Shown one piece after another: positions 20,950 to 30,940 of a stretch of 64,000 bases of DNA. The notes beneath the pieces are model-generated. The model made no database searches. It was not told where the DNA came from and worked only from the letters and a program-made list of their open reading frames with translations. Source of the stretch: Candidatus Multivoradales bacterium (lineage in GTDB: Bacteria; Acidobacteriota; Thermoanaerobaculia; Multivoradales; JAHEKO01); the NCBI GenBank assembly GCA_965223855.1, contig CBDCXM010000003.1, positions 64,001-128,000 of the forward strand, read 5' to 3'. A program made the position numbers and the translations under genes. Position 1 is the first letter of the stretch. Each line of letters starts with the position of its first letter.

Positions 20950-22205
20950 TGGACCGCTTCGAGATCACCGGACCGACCCGCCTCGAGGGTTCCGTCCGTG
21001 CTGCCGGAGCGAAGAACGCTGCCCTCCCGGCGCTCGCCGCCGCGCTCCTCGCAGACGGCACGGTCACCCTGTCGGGGTTGCCGCTGGTGCAGGACATCCG
21101 CACCATGTCGAGGCTGCTAGAGCACCTTGGCACCACGGTGCGCTGGGACGGCAGCCGGCTCGAGCTCACGCCGAGCGGCACCGCGGTCACCGACGACGCC
21201 GACTACGACCTCGTCAAGACGATGAGGGCTTCGATCCTCGTGCTGGGACCACTCCTGGCGCGACTCGGTCATGCCCGTGTCTCACTACCCGGTGGCTGTG
21301 CCATCGGTGTGCGGCCGATCGACCAGCACCTCGCCGGCCTCGAAGCTCTGGGCGCTCAGGTCGATCTCGAGCACGGCTACGTCACGGCGCGGGCCGAGCG
21401 GCTGATGGGCAACCGCTTCCGCTTCGCGAGCCGGTCGGTGACCGGTACCGAGAACCTGCTGATGGCCGCCTGCCTGGCACGCGGCACCACCGTCTTCGAG
21501 AACTGCGCCTGCGAGCCGGAGGTGGTGGATCTCGCGCGGCTGCTGACCGCGATGGGCGCCCGCATCGACGGCGCCGGCACCGAGAGAATCGAGGTCGAGG
21601 GGGTCGAGCGCCTAGGCGGCACACACCACTCGGTGATCAGCGACCGGATCGAGGGCGGCACCTACCTCGTCGGCGCGGCGATCACCGGCGGCGACGTGAC
21701 GCTCGAGAATGCCCTGCCGGAGGATCTCGAGCCCCTGCTGGCAGTCCTCGAAGCGAGCGGATGCGACGTCGAACGCCGCGCTCGATCGGTCCGGGTCTCC
21801 CGCAACGGTGCGCTCGACGCCTGCTCGATCGAGACCGCTCCTCATCCCGGCTTTCCCACCGACCTTCAGGCTCAGGTGATGGCCCTGATGACGCAGGCCG
21901 AGGGACGCTCCAGCGTGCACGAGACGATCTTCGAGAACCGCTTCCAGCACGCCCCCGAACTCAACCGCATGGGGGCTGCCATCCAGGTCGATGGCGGTCA
22001 CGCCTGGATCGAAGGGCCGACGCCGCTCTCGGGCGCCAAGGTGATGGCCACCGATCTTCGCGCCTCGGCGAGCCTCGTCCTGGCAGGGCTGGTTGCCGAG
22101 GGGACGACGGTCGTCGATCGCATCTACCACCTCGACCGGGGCTACGAGCGGATGGAGGAGAAGCTCGGTGATCTCGGCGCAACGGTCCGCCGCGCTCAGG
22201 GCTGA
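20949..22205 (+). CDS. murA: UDP-N-acetylglucosamine 1-carboxyvinyltransferase
   Basis: [37 protein letters not shown] and DLRASA; ATG overlaps the prmC stop. Confidence 0.97.
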   Translation: MDRFEITGPTRLEGSVRAAGAKNAALPALAAALLADGTVTLSGLPLVQDIRTMSRLLEHLGTTVRWDGSRLELTPSGTAVTDDADYDLVKTMRASILVLGPLLARLGHARVSLPGGCAIGVRPIDQHLAGLEALGAQVDLEHGYVTARAERLMGNRFRFASRSVTGTENLLMAACLARGTTVFENCACEPEVVDLARLLTAMGARIDGAGTERIEVEGVERLGGTHHSVISDRIEGGTYLVGAAITGGDVTLENALPEDLEPLLAVLEASGCDVERRARSVRVSRNGALDACSIETAPHPGFPTDLQAQVMALMTQAEGRSSVHETIFENRFQHAPELNRMGAAIQVDGGHAWIEGPTPLSGAKVMATDLRASASLVLAGLVAEGTTVVDRIYHLDRGYERMEEKLGDLGATVRRAQG

Positions 22206-22235
22206 GCCGAACTCAGGGCTGAATCGGACTCGGCG

Positions 22236-24539
22236 ATGAACCGACTCTTGCGTCCACTCTCGACTGCTCTCGTCCTGCTGTCGGCACCGGTCCTTCGGGG
22301 CGAAGAGGACCCCCGCATCGGTTGGACCGAGGCCGAGGACCGCGGCGACGCGATCACCGCCGTGGCGGCGCTCGAAGCGGCGCTCGCGAGCGACGCGCCC
22401 CCGCAAGACGGCGTCTACTGGCTCGGCCGACTGCTTCTCGATCTCGGTGATGTCGACCGCGCCGCCGCCGCCTTCGGCCGTTCGCTCGGCTCGGAGCCCG
22501 AGCTCGCTCCCTGGAGCAGCTACCGCCTTGCCGAGATCGAAGAAGCTCGGGGCAACCCGGAAGTCGCGACCGGGTTGCTCGCCACCCTGCTGGGACATCG
22601 CCCGGCGAAAACTCTGGCCACCGCCGCCGCAGCGTTGCTCGAAGACGCGTTGGCACGTGGCGGTGACTGCCGGGTCCTCGCCGGTCGCGAGACCTGGCGA
22701 CTCGACGATTCGACGCGCCGCCTGCTCGAGCTCGCGGCCGCGTCGTGCGAGGACCGCGACGACAAACCCACGGCGGCCCGGGAACTGCTGGAAGTCCTGC
22801 TGGCTGAGGAAACGGGTGACGGTCCGGCCTACGAGGCCGCATCGAGGCTCTTCGATCGCTTCGACGATCTGTCGGTGCTCGACGGCGCGACACAACTGGC
22901 CATGGCGCGGGCGTTCTTCGCTCAGCGCGACTTCGAGCGCGCACTGGAGCTGTTCTCGCTCGCCCTCGACCCCGAGCGCTCGTCGGTCGAGCTGCGGGCC
23001 GACTTCGAGCTCCACTACGCGATCGCGCGCTCGTACTTCTGGCTGGGCGACTATCGCGAGGCTGCCGCCCGGTTCGAGGCGCTGGTGGGACTCGCCCGGC
23101 GCGGCTCCGATCGTGCCCGCGCCCACTACCAGCAGGCCCGCTCCCTCGAACTCGGCGGCGATCGAGCCGGAGCGGGAGCAGCCCTGGCGAAGGTCCGCTC
23201 CGCCGACCCTGCCGGCAACTGGGCTGCGGCAGCCCTCGTCAGCGGCATCCGTCTCGCCTGGCTCGACGGCGACGAGGAGCGGGCGCTCGATCTCTACCAG
23301 ACGCTCGGCGGTCGCCGCGGCTGGCGGGGATCCCGTGCGCGAGCGGCGCTCTTCCTCGCCGCCAGCGAGCTGTCCCAGGATCGCTCCGACCGCGCTACCG
23401 AGTGGCTCGCCGCGGCGGCGGCGCCCTCCGGTATCCACCTTCCCGAGCTGCGCTTCTGGGAAGGCCGACTCGCGGAGATCCAGGGGGATTCGCGCCGCGC
23501 CGTCGAACGCTATCTGGCCGCGATGGTCGAGGACGCCTACGATCCGTGGTCGCTCGGCGCTCGGCGGCGACTCGCCGAGCCGGCGCTGAGGGCGGAGGCC
23601 GATCGGCGCGCCGTCGAGTTCGGTGCCAGCGACCGGGCGCTCGACCTGGTTCGCGCCTGGCTCCTGACCGAGCACGGCCCCGACCGCGCCACGGCGCTCG
23701 GCAGGGCGCGGGCGGCCCTGTCGGCGGCAGCGGAAACACACGACTTCCTCACGCTCCAGCCGGCCCCACCGGCCGCGTGGCCGCTGTGGTCTTCCCCTCG
23801 AGTCGACGTCGAGGAGAGGCTCCTCGCTCTGGGCGACTGGCGCTTCGGCCTCGGCGCCGCGCCCGAGCACTTCCCCACCCAACAACCCAGTCTCGCCCTC
23901 GCCCGGGCGACCCGACTCGCAGCCCAAGGACTTCCGCGCGCGGGGATTCTCACCGCCGAGATCATGAGCCGTACCGCGCCGGCGACCGTGCCGGGGGTGC
24001 TGTGGCCGCAAGCGCTGCGAAAGGCGCTCTATCCTCTCGCCTACGGTGAGCATCTGGTGCGGGAGACGACCGGGAGGGGGCTCGACCCACGCCTCCTCGC
24101 CGGTCTCATTCGCGAGGAGAGCCGCTTCGACGCCGGAGCACTGTCGGCCGCCGCCGCGCGCGGCCTCACCCAGTTCGTCCTGCCGACCGCCCGCCGGCTC
24201 GGCGGCAAGCTCGGAATGGAAGAGGTCGCGGCGGACGACCTCTTCGAGCCGGAGATCGCGGTGCGGCTCGGCGCCGCCTACCTCGAGGAGCTCGGCGAGC
24301 GCTTCGGACCGAGGCCGCATCAGGTGCTCGCCGCCTACAACGCCGGCGAGCCACAGGCCGAGCTGTGGCGCAGCTACTGCTTCACCGACGAGCCGGAGGA
24401 GTTCCTGTCGAAGCTCGGCTTTCGGGAGACACGCGGCTACGTGCGGAAGGTGTTGCGCTCCTACGCCGTCTACCGCGAGCTCTACCCGGTGCTGCCGACC
24501 ACCCTCGCCGGCAACCCCATCTCTACCTCGTCGAAGTAG
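22236..24539 (+). CDS. TPR-containing soluble lytic transglycosylase (Slt-like)
   Basis: TPR-like helices; C-terminal IREESRF, ARGLTQ, AYNAGE and ETRGYV SLT motifs. Confidence 0.88.
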   Translation: MNRLLRPLSTALVLLSAPVLRGEEDPRIGWTEAEDRGDAITAVAALEAALASDAPPQDGVYWLGRLLLDLGDVDRAAAAFGRSLGSEPELAPWSSYRLAEIEEARGNPEVATGLLATLLGHRPAKTLATAAAALLEDALARGGDCRVLAGRETWRLDDSTRRLLELAAASCEDRDDKPTAARELLEVLLAEETGDGPAYEAASRLFDRFDDLSVLDGATQLAMARAFFAQRDFERALELFSLALDPERSSVELRADFELHYAIARSYFWLGDYREAAARFEALVGLARRGSDRARAHYQQARSLELGGDRAGAGAALAKVRSADPAGNWAAAALVSGIRLAWLDGDEERALDLYQTLGGRRGWRGSRARAALFLAASELSQDRSDRATEWLAAAAAPSGIHLPELRFWEGRLAEIQGDSRRAVERYLAAMVEDAYDPWSLGARRRLAEPALRAEADRRAVEFGASDRALDLVRAWLLTEHGPDRATALGRARAALSAAAETHDFLTLQPAPPAAWPLWSSPRVDVEERLLALGDWRFGLGAAPEHFPTQQPSLALARATRLAAQGLPRAGILTAEIMSRTAPATVPGVLWPQALRKALYPLAYGEHLVRETTGRGLDPRLLAGLIREESRFDAGALSAAAARGLTQFVLPTARRLGGKLGMEEVAADDLFEPEIAVRLGAAYLEELGERFGPRPHQVLAAYNAGEPQAELWRSYCFTDEPEEFLSKLGFRETRGYVRKVLRSYAVYRELYPVLPTTLAGNPISTSSK

Positions 24540-25201
24540 TACTCCACGTCGGCAGTGCTGCGGAGCTCCTCGGTCCAGCGCCCGATCTCCTCGTTGAGGC
24601 GCTCTTCCTTGAGCAGCGCGCGGATGTCCTCGCGGACGTCCTGCAGCGGCGGGACGGCACTGCCGCGGCGCTCGAGCTCCGGCACCAGGGTCTGGTCGTA
24701 GTAGACGCGGATGTCGTCGAGATCGACGAACACCCGCGGACCGAGCCGTTCGTTGACGAACGAGAGCACCATCAACTGCCGCGCCACGAGCTGACGCAGG
24801 CTGTCCTCCTCGAGCCCCAGCTCCGAGAGCCGTGCCGCGAACTCGTCGCTCGAGGCGAAGCGGGCGCGAATCTCGTCGAAACGCTTCTCGACCTCGCGCG
24901 TCGGCAGCTCGACGAAGCCGTAGCTGTCGATCTCGTGGAACCTCAGGCGCTGCTCGACGAGCCCGTCGAGCACCCTGCGGCGTAGTTCCCGGTCGCTCTC
25001 GTCCTCGAGCGCGTCCACGAGCCCGAGGGCGACCGCCTGCTCGACCTCCGACTGGAGGATCGGATCCTCGTCGACGACCGCCAGCACCCGGTCGATCCTC
25101 TCCAATTCCGCGTCCTGCGCCGCAAGGGAGGTCGCCGCCAGACCGAGGATCCCGACACCGAGGATTCCCCAAGTACGCACAGCGATTCCCGGGCGGCGCA
25201 T
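24482..25201 (-). CDS. SurA N-terminal domain periplasmic chaperone-like protein
   Basis: Signal peptide; IDRVLAVVDEDPILQSEV...RRRVLDGLVEQRL pattern; no PPIase domain seen. Confidence 0.7.
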   Translation of the reverse strand: MRRPGIAVRTWGILGVGILGLAATSLAAQDAELERIDRVLAVVDEDPILQSEVEQAVALGLVDALEDESDRELRRRVLDGLVEQRLRFHEIDSYGFVELPTREVEKRFDEIRARFASSDEFAARLSELGLEEDSLRQLVARQLMVLSFVNERLGPRVFVDLDDIRVYYDQTLVPELERRGSAVPPLQDVREDIRALLKEERLNEEIGRWTEELRSTADVEYYFDEVEMGLPARVVGSTG

Positions 25202-25240
25202 CGGCGGGATGTTACCAGCCTGCTATCGTCCTCCCGAGCC

Positions 25241-25966
25241 ATGAGTTCCGTCTCCAGCGACGCGAGCGGCGGAGTCCTCCACGTCGTCGCCACCCCGATC
25301 GGCAACCTCGAAGACCTCTCACCACGCGCCGCGAGAGTGCTGGGCGAGGCGGACGTCGTCGCCTGTGAGGACACGCGGCGTACCGGCCGCCTGATGCAGC
25401 ATCTCGGGCTCGAGAACCGCCTGATTTCACTCCACGAGCACAACGAAGCGCGAAGGGTCCCCGGTCTCGTCGAGCGGCTGCTCGAAGGCCGGCAGATCGC
25501 CCTCGTGAGCGACGCCGGCACCCCCCTGCTGGCCGATCCCGGCTTCGTGCTCGTGCGCGCAGCGGTCGCCGCCGGGATCCGGGTCGAGGCGGTGCCCGGT
25601 CCCTCGGCCGCTCTGAGCGCACTGGCGATTTCGGCGTTGCCGCCCTATCCGTTCACCTTCGCCGGCTTCGCACCACGCAAGGCCGGCAAGCGGAAGCGCT
25701 TCCTGGAAGAGCTCGCGCCCCTCGGACACACCGTCGTCCTCTTCGAGAGCCCTCATCGCATTCTCGCCACGCTCGAGGCGGCAGCGGAGATCTTCGGGGA
25801 GCGTCCGGCGGCATTGTGCCGGGAGCTGACGAAGCTCCATGAAGAGACCCTTCGGGGCACGGCGAGCGAGCTTCACGCCGAACTCGCCGCGCGCGACTCG
25901 ATCAAGGGGGAGTTCGTGCTCGTCGTCGGACCGCCCGCGACAGGCCGTCGCGCCGAGGACTCGTGA
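25241..25966 (+). CDS. rsmI: 16S rRNA C1402 2'-O-methyltransferase
   Basis: VATPIGNLEDLSPRA, CEDTR, SDAGTP, FESPHR and RELTKLHEE motifs. Confidence 0.95.
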   Translation: MSSVSSDASGGVLHVVATPIGNLEDLSPRAARVLGEADVVACEDTRRTGRLMQHLGLENRLISLHEHNEARRVPGLVERLLEGRQIALVSDAGTPLLADPGFVLVRAAVAAGIRVEAVPGPSAALSALAISALPPYPFTFAGFAPRKAGKRKRFLEELAPLGHTVVLFESPHRILATLEAAAEIFGERPAALCRELTKLHEETLRGTASELHAELAARDSIKGEFVLVVGPPATGRRAEDS

Positions 25967-25998
25967 CGGCGGCCTCGCAGGCGTAGAATTCGGCCGCG

Positions 25999-27150
25999 AT
26001 GGCCGAGAGCTACTTCGACTACAACGCCACCACTCCGCTCGAGCCCCGGGTTCTCGAGGCGATGCTGCCGTGGTTCGCCACCACCGGGAACGCCGCCTCC
26101 GTCCATGGTTTCGGCCGCAGGGCGAGAGAGGCGACCGAGGGCGCTCGCGCCGCCGTCGCCCGCCTGCTGGGGGGCTCGGCTCCCGAGCAGGTCGTCTTCA
26201 CCGCTTCGGGCACCGAGGCCAACAACGCAGTCCTCGAGGCGGTCGGCAGTGAGTTCGACGGCGGCCACGTCGTCGTCTCCGCCTTCGAGCATCCCTCGGT
26301 GCTGCGCGCCGCTTCAAGGCTCGAGCGGCACGGCTTCGAGGTCTCGCGGGTCCGCCCACGCGAGGACGGGAGGGTCGCCGTCGAGGACGTCGCCGCAGCC
26401 CTGCGCCCGGACACCCGCCTCGTCGCCCTCATGCTCGCCAACAACGAGATCGGCACCCTGCAGCCGGTGGCCGAGGTCGCTCGCCTGGCCCGCCAGACCG
26501 GAACGCTCTTCCTGTGCGACGCTGTTCAGGCGGTCGGCAAGGTACCGGTGTCGGTCGACGAGCTCGACGTCGACTATCTCGTCCTCGGAGCTCACAAGTT
26601 CTACGGACCGCTCGGCGCCGCCGCCCTGTGGGTTCGGACGGGAGCGCCGTTCGAGGCCTTCCTCGTCGGTGGCAGCCAGGAACGCAGGCGCCGTGCCGGC
26701 ACGCTCAACGTGCCGGCCATCGTCGGTCTGGGAAAGGCAGCCGAACTCGCCGAAGATGAACTGACCGACTGGTCGGCGCGCATGCTGGCCGCGCGTGACG
26801 CCTTCGAGTCCGGGCTCGCGCGGATCCCCGGTGCCTTCGTCCACGCAGCCGCGTCGCCGCGTCTCCCCAATACCACCAACGTCGCGACCGAAGGTGCCGA
26901 GGCGGAGGCGTTGATGGTGCGACTCGACCTCCGAGGCTTCGCCGTGTCGGCCGGCTCCGCCTGCTCGTCGGGCAGGGTCGAGGTCAGCACCACCATGGCG
27001 GCGCTGGGCGTCGAGCAGGAGATCGCGCTCTCCTCGCTACGCGTGAGCTTCGGCAAGGACACCCGGAGCGAGGAGGTGGAAGGGCTGCTCGCGGCGCTGT
27101 CGGCCGAGGTCGCCGAACTGCGCGGATTGCGCGCCGCGAGCCGCGAATGA
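25999..27150 (+). CDS. iscS: Cysteine desulfurase (IscS/NifS family)
   Basis: YFDYNATTP, ANNEIG, DAVQ, HKFYGP (PLP Lys) and AGSACSS motifs. Confidence 0.9.
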   Translation: MAESYFDYNATTPLEPRVLEAMLPWFATTGNAASVHGFGRRAREATEGARAAVARLLGGSAPEQVVFTASGTEANNAVLEAVGSEFDGGHVVVSAFEHPSVLRAASRLERHGFEVSRVRPREDGRVAVEDVAAALRPDTRLVALMLANNEIGTLQPVAEVARLARQTGTLFLCDAVQAVGKVPVSVDELDVDYLVLGAHKFYGPLGAAALWVRTGAPFEAFLVGGSQERRRRAGTLNVPAIVGLGKAAELAEDELTDWSARMLAARDAFESGLARIPGAFVHAAASPRLPNTTNVATEGAEAEALMVRLDLRGFAVSAGSACSSGRVEVSTTMAALGVEQEIALSSLRVSFGKDTRSEEVEGLLAALSAEVAELRGLRAASRE

Positions 27151-28256
27151 GCGAGCGCACGGCGGTCGCGATGAGCGGCGGCCTCGACTCCTCGGTCGTC
27201 GCCTGGCTGCTGTCGCGAGACGACCCGGGTGTCATCGGCCTGTCGATGCTCCTGTGGGACGAGTCCGGGGCCGGCCCCGGCAGCGTGCCCGCTGCGGGCC
27301 GTTGCTGCGGCGCCCTCGACCTGGGCGACGCGCGGCGGGTGGCCGAGCAGTGCGGCATCGCTCACTACACCATCGAGATGGAGGACGACTTCCGCCGTGA
27401 GGTGGTCGATCCGTTCGTCGATGCCTATCTCGACGGCCGGACGCCGGTGCCCTGCACGCGGTGCAACACCTTCATCAAGTTCGACCGCTTCGTCGAGCGG
27501 GCGCGGCGCCTCGGCGCCGGCACGATCGCCACCGGGCACTACGCCCGCGTCGAGCAGGGTGACGACGGATGGGAGCTTCACGCCGCGATCGACGGGGACA
27601 AGGACCAGAGCTACTACCTTTTCGAGCTCACGCAGGAGCAGCTCGCCGTCAGCCACTTCCCGCTCGGTCACCGCCGCAAGTCCGAGATCCGCGAGCTCGC
27701 CCGCGAGGCCGGCCTGCTCGTCGCCGAGAAGGGGGAGAGCATGGAGCTGTGCTTCGTCTCCGGCTCGGTGCGCGAGTTCGTAGAGGAGCAGGCGGCGAAC
27801 CACCCCGATCGCTACTCCCGCCCTGTCGGGGGCGACGACAGCCGCCTCGTAGACCGGGACGGCAACACCCTCGGCAGCGGCGAGCCCTACTACCGCTACA
27901 CCGTGGGACAGCGGCGGGGTCTCGGGCTGACCAGTCCGAGTCCGCTCTACGTCCTCGGTGTCGAGCCCGATTCCAACGAGGTGAGAGTCGGAGACGCCGA
28001 GGCGCTCGATGCCAACGGCCTCCTCGGCACTCCGGCGCACTGGATCGGCTCGCAGCCGGCGGGCGAGGTCGAGGCGACGGTCCGGATCCGATCCCGCCAT
28101 GCCGGGGTCGAGAGCCGCATCCGGATGAGGAGCGACGGCACGACCGAGGTCCGCTTTGCGGAGCCTCAGCGCAGCGTCGCTCCCGGACAGGCGGCGGTCT
28201 TCTACCAGGGGACGAGGGTGCTCGGCGGTTGCTGGATCGAGGCCTCGCTCGACTGA
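27147..28256 (+). CDS. mnmA: tRNA-specific 2-thiouridylase
   Basis: AMSGGLDS, GRTPVPCTRCN, ATGHYAR, KDQSYYL, YTVGQRRGLG and PGQAAVFY motifs. Confidence 0.96.
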   Translation: MSERTAVAMSGGLDSSVVAWLLSRDDPGVIGLSMLLWDESGAGPGSVPAAGRCCGALDLGDARRVAEQCGIAHYTIEMEDDFRREVVDPFVDAYLDGRTPVPCTRCNTFIKFDRFVERARRLGAGTIATGHYARVEQGDDGWELHAAIDGDKDQSYYLFELTQEQLAVSHFPLGHRRKSEIRELAREAGLLVAEKGESMELCFVSGSVREFVEEQAANHPDRYSRPVGGDDSRLVDRDGNTLGSGEPYYRYTVGQRRGLGLTSPSPLYVLGVEPDSNEVRVGDAEALDANGLLGTPAHWIGSQPAGEVEATVRIRSRHAGVESRIRMRSDGTTEVRFAEPQRSVAPGQAAVFYQGTRVLGGCWIEASLD

Positions 28257-28274
28257 GCGGTCGGGGTAGGCCCC

Positions 28275-28343
28275 GTCGGGTTGGCCGACTGTGGGAGGCC
28301 AGGTTGCCGGACATTGGAAGGCCGGGTTGCCCGACCGTCGAAA
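28275..28343. repeat. Degenerate 23-bp tandem repeat x3
   Basis: GTCGGGTTGGCCGACTGTGGGAG / GCCAGGTTGCCGGACATTGGAAG / GCCGGGTTGCCCGACCGTCGAAA. Confidence 0.7.
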
Positions 28344-28417
28344 TACCCGCAGCCCTCGTCGACGTTCTTGCCGACAGGCCCGTACCAGCCTGACCGTCTC
28401 AGGCTAGGATGACATCC

Positions 28418-30940
28418 ATGCCTCACCGCCTCCGCCTTCCCCTCGTCCTGCTGTTGACGCTCGCGCTCGCCCTGCCGTGGGCCGCGGAGGCGAAGCGGCC
28501 GAAGGACGAGGAGCTGGAGGCTCTGCCCGAGCGTTATCGGCACTGGCTCGCTTCGGTGGAGCTCATCATCTCGGAGCAGGAAGTCGAGTCGTTCCTCGCC
28601 ATCGAGGAGGACTACCAGCGCGACGCCTTCATCGAGCGCTTCTGGCGCACACGGGATCCCTATCCCGACACCGCCCGCAACGAGTTCCGCGAGCGCTACG
28701 AGCAACGGGTCGAGGAGGCGCTGCTGCGGTTCGGATCGACCACCACCGAGCGCGCCCGGATCCTGCTGCTCAACGGCACGCCGGATGCCATCGTGCCGAT
28801 CGACTGCTCCGACCTTTGGCCCGCCGAGGTCTGGTACTACTCGCGGGCCGAGACTCTCGGCTCCGAGGTGCTGCTGCTGTTCCTCAACCACTGGGGATCG
28901 GGCAAATGGAGGATGTGGCAGGTGGGGCCGATGGGAGACATGCTGCGCTTCGGCGGCATGTCGACGCCCACCGGCACGGTCGTTCAGGCGATCCAGGACA
29001 CCTGCTCCTTCAGCGAACAGGAGGCGCTTTTTGCCGTCTTCGCCTTCGTGCAGAAGGCGGGCGGCAACATGGGCTACACGTCGCTGACCGCCGAGATGCA
29101 GCAGAACCCGGAGACGCCGAGCGGCGAGTGGGTGGCGACTTTCCACGCCTACTCGACCCAGCTCGATGACGCCATCGAGCGCATGCCGGTCGAGGTCGAG
29201 GTGACCTACCCCGGCCGCAACCAGAGCCGCACGATCACCCACGTTCTGGCCACCGTACCGAAGGCGAACGTCGGACAGGCGGAACTCGCAGGCCACCGCT
29301 CCTACAATCTGCTGGCGACGGGTGAGATCCTGCGCGAGGACCGGCTGTTCGAGAACTTCCGCTACCGCTTCAACCTCTCCGACACCGAGGTACCCGGCGA
29401 GACCATACCGATGGTGCTCGAGAGGAGCCTGCGTCCGGGCGACTACAAGCTGATCCTCAAGATCGAAGATCTCAACAGCGGCAAGGCCCAGCGGATCACG
29501 CGCGATCTGTCCGTGCCCGAGGTCGACCGACTGCCGCCGACGATCGTGGACGAGGAGACCCGGCTGCTCTTCGAGGAGGCGAACCGGGCGATCTCGACCA
29601 CCGACAACACGATCGCGCTGGTCGAGCCCTACGGCGACCTGCAGGCGGGTCTGCTGCGCATCGACACCCTCACCACCGGCCGGGACATCGACCACGTCAC
29701 CTTTTCCATGGAGGGTCGTCCGATCCTCACCAAGCGGCAGGCTCCCTTCAGCGTGGAGCTCGACCTCGGGGACATGCCGCGGATGCGGACACTCACGGCG
29801 ATCGCCTACGACGCCACGGGCGAAGAGCTCGCCCGCGATCAGATGGTGCTCAACGCCAGCTCCCATCGCTTCGATGTCCGCCTCATCGAACCGCGCCGGG
29901 GCGGTCGCTACGAGCAGAGCCTGCGCGCCGAGGCACGGGTCGAGGTCCCGGAGGGCAGGGTCGTCGAGCGGGTCGAGTTCTACCTCAACGAGACCGAGAT
30001 CGCGACCCTCTATCAGGAACCGTGGGTCCAGCCGATCCTGCTGCCTCCTGGCGAGGAGCTCGCCTACGTGCGGGCGGTCGCCTACCAGCCCGACGGCAAC
30101 TCGACCGAGGACCTGGTCTTCGTCAACGCCCCGGACTATCTGGAGGAAGTGGACATCCAGTTCGTCGAGCTCTACATCGCGGTGCTCGACCAGAACCGGC
30201 GGCCGGTCGAAGGGCTGTCCGAGACCGATTTCGTGATCGAGGAGGACGGGGTCGAGCAGACGCCGATGCGCTTCGACGTCGTCTCCAACCTGGCGATCCA
30301 CGCCGGCATCCTGCTCGACGTCTCGGCCTCGATGGAAGAGAACCTCGAGGACTCCAAGCAGGCGGCGCTCGCCTTCTTCGAGCAGACGATCACGCCGCGC
30401 GACCGGGCCACGCTCATCACCTTCAACGACACCCCGTTCCTGGCGACCAAGTTCACCAACCGGCTCCAGGATCTCGGAAAGGGGCTCGCCGGCCTCAAGG
30501 CCGAGCGGGGGACGTCGCTCTACGACAGCCTGATCTTCGCGCTCCACTACTTCAACGGCATCAAGGGGCAGCGGGCGTTGATCGTCCTTTCCGACGGTCA
30601 GGACGAAAGCAGCCGCTTCAGCTTCGAGGACACGCGCGAGTTCGCTCAACGCGCCGGCGTCGCCGTCTACGCCGTCGGCCTCGCCCTCGACAACAAGCAG
30701 CGCGACGCGCGGCGCAAGCTGACGAAGATCGCCGAGGAAACCGGCGGCCGGTCGTTCTTCATCGACGACGCCTCCGAGCTGACCTCGATCTACGCCACGA
30801 TCCAGAACGAGCTCCGAAGCCGCTACTACCTCGCCTACCAGTCGACCAACACCTCACCCGACGAGGAGTTCCGGTCGATCGAGGTCGAACTGTCGCAACG
30901 CGACCTCGAAGCGAAGACGCTGCGGGGCTACTACCCATGA
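28418..30940 (+). CDS. GWxTD-like domain + Ig-like + VWA domain exported protein
   Basis: Signal peptide; FIERFWRTRDP..TARNEF..E...R GWxTD-family pattern; C-terminal VWA with LLDVSASM MIDAS, GTSLYDS, LSDGQD and LAEETGGR-like motif; start 28409 or 28418. Confidence 0.82.
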   Translation: MPHRLRLPLVLLLTLALALPWAAEAKRPKDEELEALPERYRHWLASVELIISEQEVESFLAIEEDYQRDAFIERFWRTRDPYPDTARNEFRERYEQRVEEALLRFGSTTTERARILLLNGTPDAIVPIDCSDLWPAEVWYYSRAETLGSEVLLLFLNHWGSGKWRMWQVGPMGDMLRFGGMSTPTGTVVQAIQDTCSFSEQEALFAVFAFVQKAGGNMGYTSLTAEMQQNPETPSGEWVATFHAYSTQLDDAIERMPVEVEVTYPGRNQSRTITHVLATVPKANVGQAELAGHRSYNLLATGEILREDRLFENFRYRFNLSDTEVPGETIPMVLERSLRPGDYKLILKIEDLNSGKAQRITRDLSVPEVDRLPPTIVDEETRLLFEEANRAISTTDNTIALVEPYGDLQAGLLRIDTLTTGRDIDHVTFSMEGRPILTKRQAPFSVELDLGDMPRMRTLTAIAYDATGEELARDQMVLNASSHRFDVRLIEPRRGGRYEQSLRAEARVEVPEGRVVERVEFYLNETEIATLYQEPWVQPILLPPGEELAYVRAVAYQPDGNSTEDLVFVNAPDYLEEVDIQFVELYIAVLDQNRRPVEGLSETDFVIEEDGVEQTPMRFDVVSNLAIHAGILLDVSASMEENLEDSKQAALAFFEQTITPRDRATLITFNDTPFLATKFTNRLQDLGKGLAGLKAERGTSLYDSLIFALHYFNGIKGQRALIVLSDGQDESSRFSFEDTREFAQRAGVAVYAVGLALDNKQRDARRKLTKIAEETGGRSFFIDDASELTSIYATIQNELRSRYYLAYQSTNTSPDEEFRSIEVELSQRDLEAKTLRGYYP

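Noticed and set aside
20949-22205. MurA as a fosfomycin-resistant variant
   Set aside because: Active-site Cys is retained (PGGCAIG)
21612-25172. Very long antisense and alternate-frame ORFs (e.g. 21612-25172 -, 16156-18684 -, 28202-30649 -, 51804-54332 +, 48115-49680 -)
   Set aside because: They shadow well-supported genes, have Arg/Gly/Ala-rich or antisense-codon composition and no motifs; expected in high-GC DNA with few stop codons
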